Shown here: one piece after another, positions 26,866-35,276 of the stretch | Numbering within the stretch: the stretch's first letter is position 1 | Layout of the letters: each line of letters opens with the position of its first letter | Made by a program: the position numbers and the translations under genes | The notes under the pieces: generated by a model | The model's database searches: none | What the model was told of the DNA's origin: nothing | The model's input: only the letters and a program-made list of their open reading frames with translations | Origin: Escherichia phage vB_EcoM-LTH01 | Sequence record: PP430345 | Reading direction: 5' to 3' (one strand) | Length of the DNA: 64,000 nucleotides

Positions 26866-29202
26866 ATGAAAGGCTTATTTATTGGAGATGCGGAAGCTAA
26901 CGGCCTGTTGACAGAGGTTGATCTCATTCACTGCGTCCTGTTTAAAGAGTATAAAAAAGATAACTGGAACATCTTTCTTGATCCCCAACGGGAAGGTTAC
27001 GATCAAGCTGTTAAATTTATCCAATCTAAAGGTAAAAACTTTAAGATTCGCACTATTGAAGAATTAAACGAATGGTTTGTCACAGAGCCTAAGGCAATTG
27101 CTATCCACAACATCTTCGGCTATGACCTCCAGTTGTTTAAGAAGATGCTAGGAACAACTTACGATATGTTTGCAGACCCTGGTTGCATGGGGACGATCAA
27201 TGGTAAACAAGTAACCATCTTCGATACACTTTCAATGTCCCGTACATTGTATCCAGATCGCCCTCTGCCTCGCGGTTGTCCTGAGATGGTAAAGAACCCC
27301 GTCACAGGTAAAATGAAGCCTGTAGGGCCACACGGGCTTGAAGCTTGGGGTATGCGAGTAGCCAACCAGAAAGTGGCGATTGAAGATTGGCGTGGCCTTC
27401 CACTTTGGAAGTATTGCGATCGTATTATTGAAGACGTAATTATCAACGAAATGGTGTGGGATGCTCTGATGAAAGAGATCTCTTGTGAATCTATGCCGGA
27501 TGATAAACGCTTCATGTATAAGGATGAAACAGACAAAGATCAGAAGAAGTATAAAATGATCAACTGGAAGAATGCCCTGCGTCGAGGTATGTTGACTGAC
27601 TACCTGATGATTGAGCAAGAAATTCAAGGTGTTTCATTTGATGAAGAAAAAGCACTCAAGCTTCGTGATCGTATCGATAAGATGATGACTGACATTGAGT
27701 TAGAGGTTGAACCTAAGTTGCCGAAGAAAGAGATGTCGAAATCAGCACAACCGACATTCCCATCCAAACCTTTCAAGGGCGATGGCTCTCTTTCCGGTAC
27801 AGGTTGGAAATGGTTAGAGAAGTTAGGTTATAATATCAATTGGGAAGCCTTGGAATTTAAAGGTGCACCAAGTAAGCCGTTTAAGGCTGACGGATCTCTT
27901 ACTGCCGCCGCGATCAAGTATTGTGTTGAACACGGTGTAGAAGATGAATCCAAAATGGGTGATTTTATCCGTGCACAAAACGTTAAGCAGCAAGGGCTTG
28001 TTCCTTTGCCGCCGGAAGATATGGCTCGTGCTTTGATGGATATCAAAGAACAAAAGATGCCGGACATTATGATCCCGATGCGTATTGGTAACCAGGACGA
28101 CGTTAAGAAGTTCCTGATCCGTGATGCAGGGTGGATTCCAACAATTTGGCGTACAAAGGATGCAACTAAAGATCAGTTCAAGAAACAACGTCCAGATAGT
28201 GAGGTTGACCTGATTGTTCGTCAATATATTGAAGATTTGGATCAGACAGAGTATCGGGATTTGATTCTGAAAAGCTTATCGATCACCCCTAAACAGTGGT
28301 CCGATAAAGAAAAGATGTTCAAGTTCTTCCGTAAGAAAGCCCGTGCATTACCAACATCTCCACAACTTAAGGATCAGCAGGGTCTTTGCCCTAACCTTGA
28401 GCGAGTAGATGGTGAAATGGCTAAACAGATTGTTAAATGGCTGTCTTTACGTAACCGACGATCTGTTCTTGACCCACTGAAAGAAGAGAAGGTTGATACC
28501 GGATGGCTTAACCATCCACGTCTACGAGTTGACGGTAAACTTCCGGCCCGTTATAGTGGAATAACTAACACAGGTCGTCGTAAGCATACGATCGTAGCAA
28601 ACGTACCTAAGCCGGATGAGAAAGTTCTTCTCGGTAAAGAGATGCGTGAACTGTTTAGAGCCTCCGAGGGTAAATATCAGGTAGGTATCGACGGTTCAAA
28701 CTTGGAAGGTATGATCGCGGCATGGGGCGCGTATGATTTCGATGGTGGCGCTTATCTTCGTATCATGGAATCTGGAGATGCTCACTCCCGAAACGCAGAA
28801 GCGTATACCAAAGCGGCAGGGAAGAAGGTTTCTCGTGGTGAAGGTAAAGGTGTGACATACGGAATTATGTACGGGGCACAGGCAGCGAAGATTGCATCAA
28901 TGCTGGGGATCACTCTTGAGAAGGCCCAGGCAGTAATCGACGCATTCTGGGATAGCAACATCGGCTTGAAAGGTCGTAAAGAAGCATTAGAGAAGTTTTG
29001 GGAAGCTAACGGTAAGCGATTCATCTACGGTCTTGATGGACGTAAGATCTACACTCGTTCCAAACACTCATTGCTTAATGCTTATCAGCAGAATGGTGGT
29101 GCTGCACTGTTTGACTTGGTGGGTATCCTCCTGCACTGGCAGTTGGTCAAGAAAGGTTGGTATGATGAAGGCGTTAGACGTATTATCTATTACCATAAGT
29201 AA
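26866..29202 (+). CDS. family A DNA polymerase (T7 gp5 / Pol I-like), 5' exon; the ORF runs into the intron and stops at 29202, true splice junction unresolved
   Basis: AAGGAG then ATG at 26866; exonuclease-like FIGDAEANGL; motif B RGEGKGVTYGIMYGAQ; ...GLDGRK...LLNAYQQ..RRIIYYH aligns with the pre-motif-C region of Pol I/T7 polymerase (recalled from memory). Confidence 0.75.
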   Translation: MKGLFIGDAEANGLLTEVDLIHCVLFKEYKKDNWNIFLDPQREGYDQAVKFIQSKGKNFKIRTIEELNEWFVTEPKAIAIHNIFGYDLQLFKKMLGTTYDMFADPGCMGTINGKQVTIFDTLSMSRTLYPDRPLPRGCPEMVKNPVTGKMKPVGPHGLEAWGMRVANQKVAIEDWRGLPLWKYCDRIIEDVIINEMVWDALMKEISCESMPDDKRFMYKDETDKDQKKYKMINWKNALRRGMLTDYLMIEQEIQGVSFDEEKALKLRDRIDKMMTDIELEVEPKLPKKEMSKSAQPTFPSKPFKGDGSLSGTGWKWLEKLGYNINWEALEFKGAPSKPFKADGSLTAAAIKYCVEHGVEDESKMGDFIRAQNVKQQGLVPLPPEDMARALMDIKEQKMPDIMIPMRIGNQDDVKKFLIRDAGWIPTIWRTKDATKDQFKKQRPDSEVDLIVRQYIEDLDQTEYRDLILKSLSITPKQWSDKEKMFKFFRKKARALPTSPQLKDQQGLCPNLERVDGEMAKQIVKWLSLRNRRSVLDPLKEEKVDTGWLNHPRLRVDGKLPARYSGITNTGRRKHTIVANVPKPDEKVLLGKEMRELFRASEGKYQVGIDGSNLEGMIAAWGAYDFDGGAYLRIMESGDAHSRNAEAYTKAAGKKVSRGEGKGVTYGIMYGAQAAKIASMLGITLEKAQAVIDAFWDSNIGLKGRKEALEKFWEANGKRFIYGLDGRKIYTRSKHSLLNAYQQNGGAALFDLVGILLHWQLVKKGWYDEGVRRIIYYHK

Positions 29203-29917
29203 CATTGTGGCTTTGTGAGGTAACTCACATCGAAAACTCCTTTAATTGCTGGAAGACTAAGGTTGATATTAATTCAAGTGTGAGTTAGTATGAGACTATG
29301 TTAATCAGCAGCGAAGAGGATCATGTGGAATATAAAGATTATTTCGGTTACAAGGTTTATGAAGACGGGACCATTATAGGTCGTCGAGGGAAACCAATGG
29401 CGGCAGTTGATAATGGACGTGGGTATCTTATTGTAAGTCTGTATCTCAACAAAAGGACGACTACAAAGGCTGTTCACGTTTTGGTGGCAGAGTGTTTTGT
29501 ACCAAACCCTGAAGGTTTGCCGGAGGTTGATCATAAGTGGCCTGACAAAAGGAATAACCACTATTCAAACCTCCAATGGACAACTCGTGGTGGAAATATC
29601 AAGAAAACCTTTGCTGATAAATGTCGTTCAGCAACAGGGGTTGATAACGCCAGAAGTATAGTTACCGAAGAAGAGGTTAGAGAGATTTGCAACTTCCTGG
29701 GGCAAGGTTATGGAAGTGCACAGATTCGGGATATGGGTTATCCTTACAACGTGGTAAGGTCCATAAAAATCCGTAAAAACTGGACACACATCTCTTGTGA
29801 CTACACATGGTCCTAACGTTCAGAGACTAGCCGAGAGGCGTAGGCGAGCAAGTGCCGTCGAAATGGGGAGCATCCTGAAAAGGATGGTGATATAGTCCGA
29901 TCCATACGTGAAAACGT
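29203..29917 (+). mobile_element. group I self-splicing intron carrying an HNH homing-endonuclease ORF, inserted in the polymerase gene at or near motif C (boundaries approximate; the 3' end may lie as far as about 30116)
   Basis: After the HNH stop: GTTCAGAGACTA (J6/7-P7) ... GATATAGTCC (P7 3' strand) and a P9-like hairpin CCATACGTG-AAAA-CGTATGG, matching the conserved group I core as I recall it from the Tetrahymena and T4 td introns. Confidence 0.65.
29298..29816 (+). CDS. HNH homing endonuclease (intron-encoded)
   Basis: YKDYFGYKVYEDGTIIGRRGKP...GYLIVSLY...AVHVLVAECFVPNP..LPEVDHKWPDKRNNHYSNLQWTT is the typical free-standing HNH homing-endonuclease pattern; different frame from both polymerase segments. 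Confidence 0.75.
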   Translation: MLISSEEDHVEYKDYFGYKVYEDGTIIGRRGKPMAAVDNGRGYLIVSLYLNKRTTTKAVHVLVAECFVPNPEGLPEVDHKWPDKRNNHYSNLQWTTRGGNIKKTFADKCRSATGVDNARSIVTEEEVREICNFLGQGYGSAQIRDMGYPYNVVRSIKIRKNWTHISCDYTWS

Positions 29918-30268
29918 ATGGCAACATGTAATGATGTGGGCGAGAGTAACGACCTCGTTAAACTTTTGGATGAATACCAGCTTGAAGTGCCGCACAAGTT
30001 CAAAAAGACTTGGACCTTTGACAACGAAGCTGACGCGAAGAAATTTGTAGAAGCTTGCTTGGCTAAGAAAATGATCTTGGATGGTCATTGTGTGAAAGAA
30101 GGGAAGTTTAAGTGTGATCCTGATGAGAATGGAATCTACACGATCATGTATTGTCCAGTTGGAGAGATGGTTGTTCGTTGCGTAGAGCAAGCAGCACGAA
30201 TGATGAAATCTCCTGTACACATAACAGGTGAATACCTCACAGGGATGAACTGGGGGGCGTGCCACTGA
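29918..30268 (+). CDS. family A DNA polymerase, 3' segment (C-terminal palm region); real exon start unresolved (between about 29930 and 30117)
   Basis: C-terminus ...CDPDENGIYTIMYCPVGEMVVRCVEQAARMMKSPVHITGEYLTGMNWGACH aligns with the (H)DE...NW..AH C-terminus of Pol I and T7 gp5, including the terminal His. Confidence 0.6.
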   Translation: MATCNDVGESNDLVKLLDEYQLEVPHKFKKTWTFDNEADAKKFVEACLAKKMILDGHCVKEGKFKCDPDENGIYTIMYCPVGEMVVRCVEQAARMMKSPVHITGEYLTGMNWGACH

Positions 30269-30274
30269 TAATTT

Positions 30275-30304
30275 AAACCACCCTTCGGGGTGGTTTTCTT
30301 TTAT
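30275..30304 (+). terminator. rho-independent terminator after the DNA polymerase
   Basis: AAACCACCC-TTCG-GGGTGGTTT then TTCTTTT. Confidence 0.7.
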
Positions 30305-30317
30305 GTGCAAAAAGTTA

Positions 30318-30347
30318 TTGACAGGACATACCCACATCAACTAAGAT
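30318..30347 (+). promoter_or_regulatory. sigma70-like promoter TTGACA-N18-TAAGAT
   Basis: Hexamers directly downstream of the terminator, upstream of the paralog array. Confidence 0.5.
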
Positions 30348-30376
30348 GTATCCATCAACTGAAGAGGAGAACAAAG

Positions 30377-30748
30377 ATGGAAATCGGAAAGACTTATATT
30401 CTTAATAAAGACTTAGAAAAAGCTTTTATTAGTATGGACCCTAGCTACAATCAAGAATTGGCTGATCTTCTTTATAAACACGGTCCTAAATTTGTTGTCA
30501 ACACCACCCACGTTTATGATAATGTTACATACGTTAACAATGTCATATTTGAAGATGGTACTTTAGGTAGTGACAGTCTTCACGGCTGCGAAGGTAACAA
30601 GGGTGTATACTTTGAACTTGCAGAGAGTGAATTTCCCTTCTTTAAGGAAGTCGGGGAAGATGAAGACCCTATTATCCAGGTTGCCGTTTCTCGTGGTAAT
30701 GCACAAGAAACCGTAGACCTGATTAAAGCTACCTTTAACCTAGTATAA
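30377..30748 (+). CDS. small protein, paralog family member 1 (MEIGKTYILN...QETVDLIKATFNL)
   Basis: GAGGAG ribosome-binding site; shares N- and C-terminal motifs with the next two genes. Confidence 0.65.
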   Translation: MEIGKTYILNKDLEKAFISMDPSYNQELADLLYKHGPKFVVNTTHVYDNVTYVNNVIFEDGTLGSDSLHGCEGNKGVYFELAESEFPFFKEVGEDEDPIIQVAVSRGNAQETVDLIKATFNLV

Positions 30749-30759
30749 GGAGGACAAAA

Positions 30760-31119
30760 ATGCAAGTCGGTAAAACTTATAAACTTAATCCAAAATTCGT
30801 GGAAGAATTTATTAAGGCTGACCCAAGTTACAATCACGAGATTGTTTCTTTTCTGGATGAGCACGGGCCGCGATTTATTGTTAACAACATGAGCATGATT
30901 GAAGGTGATGAGTATGTTAATAACATCACAACAGAAGATGGTGCTGTAGGGTGTGATTCATTCAGTGTGGGCTGCGGGGCAATGTACTTTGAACTTCGTG
31001 AATCTGAGTTCAAATACTTTGAAGAGGTCAGCGACCTTAAAATTATTCAGGTATCTGTGTCAGACCGCAACGCACAAGAAACTATTGACCTGATCAAATC
31101 CACATTTAACTTACCATAA
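30760..31119 (+). CDS. small protein, paralog family member 2 (MQVGKTYKLN...QETIDLIKSTFNL)
   Basis: AAGGAGG ribosome-binding site; paralog of the flanking genes. Confidence 0.65.
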   Translation: MQVGKTYKLNPKFVEEFIKADPSYNHEIVSFLDEHGPRFIVNNMSMIEGDEYVNNITTEDGAVGCDSFSVGCGAMYFELRESEFKYFEEVSDLKIIQVSVSDRNAQETIDLIKSTFNLP

Positions 31120-31129
31120 GGAGATTGTT

Positions 31130-31519
31130 ATGATGCAAGTAGGAAAAACTTATATTCTCAACCCTCTGTATAAAGATGATTTTACCCGCAAGTACCTCGC
31201 AAACGACAAGATTTCAGATTTGCTAGAGCGGCATGGTCCCAGTTTCGTTGTAGACGAGTTAAAAACCTACAATCTTGAGAATAAATTTGTAGCCCGTGTA
31301 ACTCTAGAGGATGGTACTGTATCTTCTAGCAATATTGAAGATGATTTATTTTTTGAGGTTTATCCTGATGAATTCGAATACTTCACCGAGGTAACTTTAG
31401 AACAGCCCCAACCTATTGCCGAAGATACAGTTTCAGGTGTAGCAAAAGTTCATTGTGTTGTGGATGAAAACAACGTCGATGAAATCATCAAACTTTTGCA
31501 AAAAACTTTTAAAAAGTAG
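31130..31519 (+). CDS. small protein, paralog family member 3 (MMQVGKTYILN...)
   Basis: AAGGAG ribosome-binding site; N-terminal motif shared, C-terminus more diverged. Confidence 0.65.
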   Translation: MMQVGKTYILNPLYKDDFTRKYLANDKISDLLERHGPSFVVDELKTYNLENKFVARVTLEDGTVSSSNIEDDLFFEVYPDEFEYFTEVTLEQPQPIAEDTVSGVAKVHCVVDENNVDEIIKLLQKTFKK

Positions 31520-31530
31520 TATACAAGCGG

Positions 31531-31566
31531 ATAGGACTATGTTATAGTAGTCCTATCAAAACAAAT
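31531..31566 (+). promoter_or_regulatory. perfect 10-bp inverted repeat GATAGGACTA-N8-TAGTCCTATC followed by CCTATCAAAACAAA; operator or stem-loop upstream of the 31579 gene
   Basis: Palindrome read in the sequence; the same CCTATCAAAACAAA 14-mer follows the promoter at 10741-10765. Confidence 0.45.
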
Positions 31567-31578
31567 GAGGAGAACAAA

Positions 31579-31905
31579 ATGAAAAGCAGCCCACAACTTC
31601 TGAATTTCTACCAAGAATATAAAAAATGGTTAGATATCGGTGCACCAAAAGATGGTGCTTTTTACCGAGGCGCTGGCCTTTGTTTTAATTTGTCCTCATT
31701 CCTGGGTAAAAATGATCCAGACATGAAAGTGCAATTCGAAATGAAGAATCAATTCTTTGATGCGGGTCTTAACACCGAAACACCTTTTGATTTTGATTTT
31801 GACGAATATGCCCATCATGGTTCAAAAGGTAAATCTTACCTCAACATTTATCGTCGTGGTTGGGTAGAAGATCGAATTCGCGACATGGAGAATACACATG
31901 AGTAA
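31579..31905 (+). CDS. hypothetical protein (108 aa)
   Basis: ORF with GAGGAG ribosome-binding site. Confidence 0.6.
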   Translation: MKSSPQLLNFYQEYKKWLDIGAPKDGAFYRGAGLCFNLSSFLGKNDPDMKVQFEMKNQFFDAGLNTETPFDFDFDEYAHHGSKGKSYLNIYRRGWVEDRIRDMENTHE

Positions 31906-32164
31906 TCTGGCAGTTACAGCGATTGTTAAATATGACTTGTTTCCTCGTTATCGGGTGATCAAAGGCCGACTGCTGCCAAATGGTAATGTTCAACTTATCG
32001 GATCAACGTCCTACATGAAGGCAGAGCACATTATTCGTATTCTTCCACTCGACCAGTTCGATGAAGAAGAAAAGAAAAAGGATAAACTTGTTTCCGATTA
32101 TCGTGAAAAAGAACTTAAATTAAGACTTGACTTGTTGGAACAAGCTGGTGTAGACTATATCTAA
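31898..32164 (+). CDS. hypothetical protein (88 aa)
   Basis: ORF. Confidence 0.55.
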   Translation: MSNLAVTAIVKYDLFPRYRVIKGRLLPNGNVQLIGSTSYMKAEHIIRILPLDQFDEEEKKKDKLVSDYREKELKLRLDLLEQAGVDYI

Positions 32165-32187
32165 CTTGAAACGAAGAGGATAATATA

Positions 32188-32454
32188 ATGTCAGAAAAAA
32201 CTTTAGTTGGTATTGAAAAAGCTTTCATCGAATCTTTTGATGGGTGGGATGAAATTGATTGTGGGGTGATGTATTTTTACGACGTTGTGTTAAAAGAAGA
32301 ATATAAGCATCTCGTACCAGAAGGAACTGCCTCTGTAGGTATGGCTGTTAGTTCGACTGAGAGCTATGTCCAATTTAATTTCTTCGACAAGGACGACAAA
32401 GCTACAACAAAAGCTTTCGAGATTAATCTTACTTTAGGTAAAGAAAAGTTATAG
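32188..32454 (+). CDS. hypothetical protein (88 aa)
   Basis: ORF with AAGAGGA ribosome-binding site. Confidence 0.55.
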   Translation: MSEKTLVGIEKAFIESFDGWDEIDCGVMYFYDVVLKEEYKHLVPEGTASVGMAVSSTESYVQFNFFDKDDKATTKAFEINLTLGKEKL

Positions 32455-32475
32455 ACTACCGAGGGGAATAAATAA

Positions 32476-32733
32476 ATGAAATTTTACTCAGCAAAACATA
32501 AATTTAGCGGTGAATTTGTTTCATTTTGGCAGACTGCCGACGATGATGGTTTTGTACATACAAAATTAAGTCTTTCTAATAACGAAAGGGACACACCTTT
32601 TGTGACCTCGTTAGAACAGGTAGCCAAACTGATCAAAGGTAATCTTAACAATGATTGGTCTATTATTGTATACGATGAGCTTAAGGAAGCTGTTGAAAAT
32701 TCAATGCTTGAAATCGTAGTAATTGATATCTGA
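32476..32733 (+). CDS. hypothetical protein (85 aa)
   Basis: ORF with GAGGGG ribosome-binding site. Confidence 0.55.
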   Translation: MKFYSAKHKFSGEFVSFWQTADDDGFVHTKLSLSNNERDTPFVTSLEQVAKLIKGNLNNDWSIIVYDELKEAVENSMLEIVVIDI

Positions 32734-32915
32734 TGAAAGTCAAAATCTTAGAATCAAAGACCAAACTGCTTGAGCAACTTAAGTATTACGGTGTCCAAAA
32801 AGATTCAATTCTTTTCGTGACAAAAGAAAGCGCGTCTGGTACTATTATTGCGAATAAGGGCAAGGGCTATCAATTTATGCTCTTGAAAGATGAATACGAA
32901 ATAGTTGAAGAATAG
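32733..32915 (+). CDS. hypothetical protein (60 aa)
   Basis: ORF. Confidence 0.45.
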   Translation: MKVKILESKTKLLEQLKYYGVQKDSILFVTKESASGTIIANKGKGYQFMLLKDEYEIVEE

Positions 32916-32923
32916 GAGTCACC

Positions 32924-33160
32924 ATGTGGCCTTTTAAAAAGAAAGAAACTGAAGAAAACAAACCAAGTTGTAAACATGATTTTGTCATTACTCAATGTAA
33001 TCAAGTTACAAAGGTAATGTCTCGCTTCTACGATACAGAAGAGATCAAGACAACAGTTGTGTCACGTATTTGTCGGCAATGCCTTGTACAAGAGGCTCAC
33101 ACTGTTCCAGGTCACATTGATTATTCTAAAGCTTTAAATATTTTTGGAGGTACTCGATGA
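32924..33160 (+). CDS. hypothetical Cys-containing protein (78 aa)
   Basis: ORF with AGGAG ribosome-binding site. Confidence 0.5.
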   Translation: MWPFKKKETEENKPSCKHDFVITQCNQVTKVMSRFYDTEEIKTTVVSRICRQCLVQEAHTVPGHIDYSKALNIFGGTR

Positions 33161-33543
33161 GTTTATCAAAAAATAGAAAAGAGTTTAATGAATTTATTGA
33201 CAGCTTGGCAGGAAAGCCTTATATTAATGCCATCGTCTCTAAATATCCTTTGGCGCATCTGACCTTTGTTCCAGAAAAGCGATTGTACCAACTGGAAGAG
33301 GATGAAGTATTTTGCTGTACGTGCGGTTGTGGTGAGGTAAAACCTATTATGGTCCCTTACCCAACATTGAGTGTTGTATCACATACCGACGGACTGGAGG
33401 AGGCAGTAATCCACGGTTTTTGGGTATCACCTTGTAAACAAAAAAGTTCTTTTGATGATGAAGGTATTGTTGAATACTATGACATTGAAGTATTCAATGA
33501 TAAAACTGGTGAAATTGTTAAAGTGGAGATCAATTACGAATGA
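33157..33543 (+). CDS. hypothetical protein (128 aa) with CCTCGCG cluster
   Basis: ORF. Confidence 0.55.
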   Translation: MSLSKNRKEFNEFIDSLAGKPYINAIVSKYPLAHLTFVPEKRLYQLEEDEVFCCTCGCGEVKPIMVPYPTLSVVSHTDGLEEAVIHGFWVSPCKQKSSFDDEGIVEYYDIEVFNDKTGEIVKVEINYE

Positions 33544-33857
33544 AAATTGTATGGGGTTTTACTAAAATAATCTTTATGATCCTGTGCCTTGCTGTACTAA
33601 ACCCACATCGTTTACTGCTGGCCTTGATTCACCTTTTAGCTGCAATATTTAGTTTTATCGCTTGGCGACTAGAAGACCTCGCGGGCTTTATGGGGAAGTG
33701 CGTTAAGAAAGGCATGAAGAAATTCTGGCTTTTTGGTGAGAAGTTATTATCTGAGCCTTTACATAAGGAAATCGAAAAGCTGGATATTATTTTGAAGGCC
33801 GCAGAAAAGAAACTCAATCCGAATAATGTTGACAAGGAAAAGGATGATGGTGTATAA
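33540..33857 (+). CDS. membrane protein (105 aa)
   Basis: Hydrophobic N-terminal helices. Confidence 0.55.
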   Translation: MKIVWGFTKIIFMILCLAVLNPHRLLLALIHLLAAIFSFIAWRLEDLAGFMGKCVKKGMKKFWLFGEKLLSEPLHKEIEKLDIILKAAEKKLNPNNVDKEKDDGV

Positions 33858-34050
33858 AGTATTCTGCGAATGGGATATTGGTCAAGAAGGTATTGCATTT
33901 GTTTCAGAAAAGGCAGCACTCAATTGGATAGAGGGTCAAAAAGATATTCTTCTGTCTGACATTGATGAGACTATAAAAAGTCTTATGAAGCAACGTCTTT
34001 TAGTTATTGAGCCACTAATTGTTATTGATGAAAAAGGAGAAAGAGTATGA
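33826..34050 (+). CDS. hypothetical protein (74 aa; start uncertain)
   Basis: ORF. Confidence 0.45.
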   Translation: MLTRKRMMVYKVFCEWDIGQEGIAFVSEKAALNWIEGQKDILLSDIDETIKSLMKQRLLVIEPLIVIDEKGERV

Positions 34051-34655
34051 TCAAGAAGTTTGTTGCTTGGGTAAAATCGCTGTTTATTCCTCTGGAAGTA
34101 GAAACTGCGGCGATCGACAAGTATATTGCAAAGCAGGCCGAACAGCGTAAGGAGACTGAAAGCGTTAAATTCGGCCCAGTTGAAACACGCGATCTGGAAG
34201 AACCATTAAAAGAAAATGAGGTATTGGTTGGGGTAAACATCAAAGATAAGACGATGAAGGTTGTTGATATCTCTGTTGAACGACCAAAATCACAGGCTAC
34301 GCCGCCGAAACCGTTGGATGAACAACTGAAGGGTGTTGAATTACCGTCCTATGCTCAAGGTAAGAAATTACCACCGAAGGCAAAGCGACAGTATATTGAT
34401 CAGGCCCGTCGGGCAGCACCACGTAAGATGAGCGACTCTCCAAATGGGTATGGAACTAGCCAGGTTGATCCTCAGGTGGCAGCTTTAGGTGGTGTGGCAA
34501 CGTATACTGCTGTAATGTCCTCCAGTGAAGATCGTACAAGTAGTTCAAGTTCTCACTGTTCTTCAAGTCGGTCAAGTTCGTATGATAGCTCATCATCGTA
34601 TGATAGTTATTCTTCTGATAGTAGCAGCAGTAGTTCTTCAAGCAGTTGTGATTGA
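34047..34655 (+). CDS. hypothetical protein (202 aa) with a Ser-rich low-complexity C-terminal tail
   Basis: Last ~46 residues (from SSSEDRTS to SSSSSSCD) are about 70% Ser, with Tyr/Asp interspersed. Confidence 0.6.
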   Translation: MIKKFVAWVKSLFIPLEVETAAIDKYIAKQAEQRKETESVKFGPVETRDLEEPLKENEVLVGVNIKDKTMKVVDISVERPKSQATPPKPLDEQLKGVELPSYAQGKKLPPKAKRQYIDQARRAAPRKMSDSPNGYGTSQVDPQVAALGGVATYTAVMSSSEDRTSSSSSHCSSSRSSSYDSSSSYDSYSSDSSSSSSSSSCD

Positions 34656-34722
34656 TATTTAAGAGAGGGGCCGAAAGGCTCCTCACATCGGGAGTAAGAG
34701 TTTTAATTAGAGGAGTGATGAA

Positions 34723-35124
34723 ATGCGTAAAGTATACCCTAAGAAGCCAAATGCCACTAAAACCCCACGCTACGGTTCTGAAGAATGTCCGCGAATCACG
34801 GATGAAGAATCTCGTATCGTTAAGGAAAATTTTGCAGAAATATTTTTGTTTGGTCCCACTAATAATGATCCGTACACTCTGTTGGCTGAACGTTTAGGCT
34901 CAGATCGCAATCGAGCAAAAACTGTATACTATGCTTGGGTTTATCGACAGAAAGGTCATTATTTTCGTCATGTTACTCGGGAGCGTCAAGTTCGTTCACG
35001 TTTAGTCTGTCGTATCAAAAAGTACACAGAATTCTTAAACAATCCAGAAACTATCTATCAGATTATGTGTCGTGCAGAAGATGAGGTTGACGAACTGATT
35101 GCTAAGGGGACTATCAAACAATGA
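34723..35124 (+). CDS. hypothetical protein (133 aa)
   Basis: ORF with GGAG ribosome-binding site. Confidence 0.6.
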   Translation: MRKVYPKKPNATKTPRYGSEECPRITDEESRIVKENFAEIFLFGPTNNDPYTLLAERLGSDRNRAKTVYYAWVYRQKGHYFRHVTRERQVRSRLVCRIKKYTEFLNNPETIYQIMCRAEDEVDELIAKGTIKQ

Positions 35125-35276
35125 TGATTTCTCCAGAGATTTTTGTAACGTTTTTCATTATGGTTTCTCTTGCAGGATCAAGGTTTTTACCTTTCAACGT
35201 ACTAAGTGCGACATGGTTCATACTTGGGACAATATTTGCAGTAGAGACTACAAAATATTTTGGAGGTAGCTATTGA
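35124..35276 (+). CDS. possible small membrane protein (50 aa)
   Basis: TGATG-coupled start, hydrophobic; not in the supplied track. Confidence 0.35.
   Translation: MISPEIFVTFFIMVSLAGSRFLPFNVLSATWFILGTIFAVETTKYFGGSY

Noticed and set aside
29200-29920. Intein as the explanation for the interrupted polymerase
   Set aside because: The HNH ORF is in a different reading frame from both polymerase segments and is flanked by group I intron core sequences, which argues for an RNA intron rather than a protein-level intein.
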